Shown one piece after another: positions 62,761 through 64,000 of a DNA stretch of 64,000 nt. Within the stretch, counting starts at the first letter, position 1. The number at the start of each line of letters is the position of its first letter. The notes beneath the pieces are model-generated. The model searched no databases, was not told where the DNA came from, and saw nothing but the letters and a program-made list of their open reading frames with translations. A program made the position numbers and the translations under genes. Origin of the DNA: Octopus vulgaris (lineage: Eukaryota); NCBI GenBank assembly GCA_951406725.2, contig OX597830.1, forward strand, positions 16,430,001-16,494,000. Direction: 5' to 3'.

Positions 62761-62985
62761 CTTGAGTAATCACCGTTTCTTTTTTCAATTCAAAATCAGC
62801 GCCGTTTGTTAATACTACTGTATGTCCTGAGGAGCTGGGTCCATTTACAATAACTCTAGCAGGTTCAGACACTAGCACTTTAGGCTTGATAACTGTAGGC
62901 AGTTGATGAACTGAAGGGGCATTAGCTGACAAAGATGTAGCTACAGCTGCTGTTGTCATTGATGGTCCTGTTATGATATGTGATG
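62761..62985 (-). CDS. Internal coding exon of a convergent gene (low-complexity, possibly FoxK-like C-terminal region)
   Basis: Acceptor tttgtattccaacag|, donor G|GTAAGC; SHIITGPSMTTAAVATSLSANAPSVHQLPTVIKPKVLVSEPARVIVNG...KKETVITQ. Phase 1 joins the next exon as ...TQD-GTLN. The 5' boundary is less certain. Confidence 0.78.
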
Positions 62986-63243
62986 CTGTTGGAATACAAA
63001 CAAGTTGCCTTGTATTACAACCATGTGTCATCAGAAAAGCTACAATTGATATTTGGAAAAGGTTGAGAACTAGTATCAAAATTAATTCTGAATGGAATAA
63101 AAAATATCACGATTCAAACAATTATATATACTAGCTGGACCCATAAAAATAATTCACAGAAAACATAAAAAATGTACGGAGATGTACTTGCATAGCAAGT
63201 GATTTGATCTGAGATTGTGTGCTGAAACGAAAACAATTGCAGC

Positions 63244-63479
63244 GTGGAAGGTGTTTGTAAGCCATTTAAGAAACACACAAAAGCCGTTCGATTCACTTCA
63301 ACATTTAAGTTTAATTAAGAGACGCAGCATGGATTTTTGTCAGTGAACAGGTCGCGGTCTCAAAACGATGAAAATATTTTGACAAATAAAACTTAAATGT
63401 TGAAGTGAATCGAACGGCTTTTGTGTGTTTCTTAAATGGCTTTTGTGTGTTTCTTAAATGGCTTACAAACACCTTCCAC
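63244..63479. repeat. Inverted repeat (~70-bp arms) with a short internal tandem duplication
   Basis: GTGGAAGGTGTTTGTAAGCCATTTAAGAAACACACAAAAGCCGTTCGATTCACTTCAACATTTAAGTTT is mirrored at 63388-63479. Confidence 0.85.
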
Positions 63480-63900
63480 ATAAAAAATGTAAGCATCTGT
63501 AAATTGTGTGTTGGTGCCATGTGAAATGCTTCTATATTGTGACAGTTACAGAATAATAGAAAGACATGTAAAACTGATAACTATATAATCCAACCAAAAT
63601 ATCTCAGGTACACAAACATAAACAGAACTACTATTTAGCCTTAAAACACATCATACATATTCAAAGAACCTTGGTTTAGTGGTACGGAACATTCTCTCGG
63701 TATTCTTTTATTCCCTTACTTGTTTCAGTCATTTGACGGTGGCCATGCTGCAGCACCAACCTTTAGTTGAAGAAATCGACCCCTGGACTTATTCCCTGTA
63801 AGCCTGGTGCTTATTCTATCAGTATCTTCTGCCGAATAGCTAAGTTATGGGGATGCAAATACACCAACATCAGTAGCCAAACAATGGTGGCAGGGGCACA

Positions 63901-63938
<38 letters not shown>

Positions 63939-64000
63939 ATAGGCTTCTTTCAGTTTCCACCAAGCAAATTCACTCACAAGGCTTTGGTCGGCCCGATGTT

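Overview
AT-rich, repeat-dense eukaryotic DNA. Its SINE, LINE and MITE content looks like an octopus (coleoid cephalopod) genome; this is inferred from repeat patterns, not a database search. Two convergent protein-coding genes are supported. (1) A complete 13-coding-exon selenoprotein O gene (SELENOO, AMPylating pseudokinase) lies on the + strand, CDS 15285-40827, 2163 nt / 720 aa, with all splice phases consistent. It ends ...YDIRVS-U-SS*, with an in-frame TGA (selenocysteine) at 40816-40818, and a well-formed type II SECIS lies about 2.65 kb downstream (43457-43517), just before an AATAAA. (2) The last three coding exons of a - strand gene with a low-complexity C-terminus (weak FoxK-like similarity) are followed by an apparently transposon-free, ~7 kb putative 3' UTR. 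The rest is tRNA-derived SINEs, RTE, Dong/R4 and RLE-type LINE remnants, Penelope-like fragments (one with an intact-looking hammerhead ribozyme), piggyBac-like MITEs, mariner remnants, a non-autonomous Helitron and microsatellites. Most ORFs in the supplied track are repeat artefacts.
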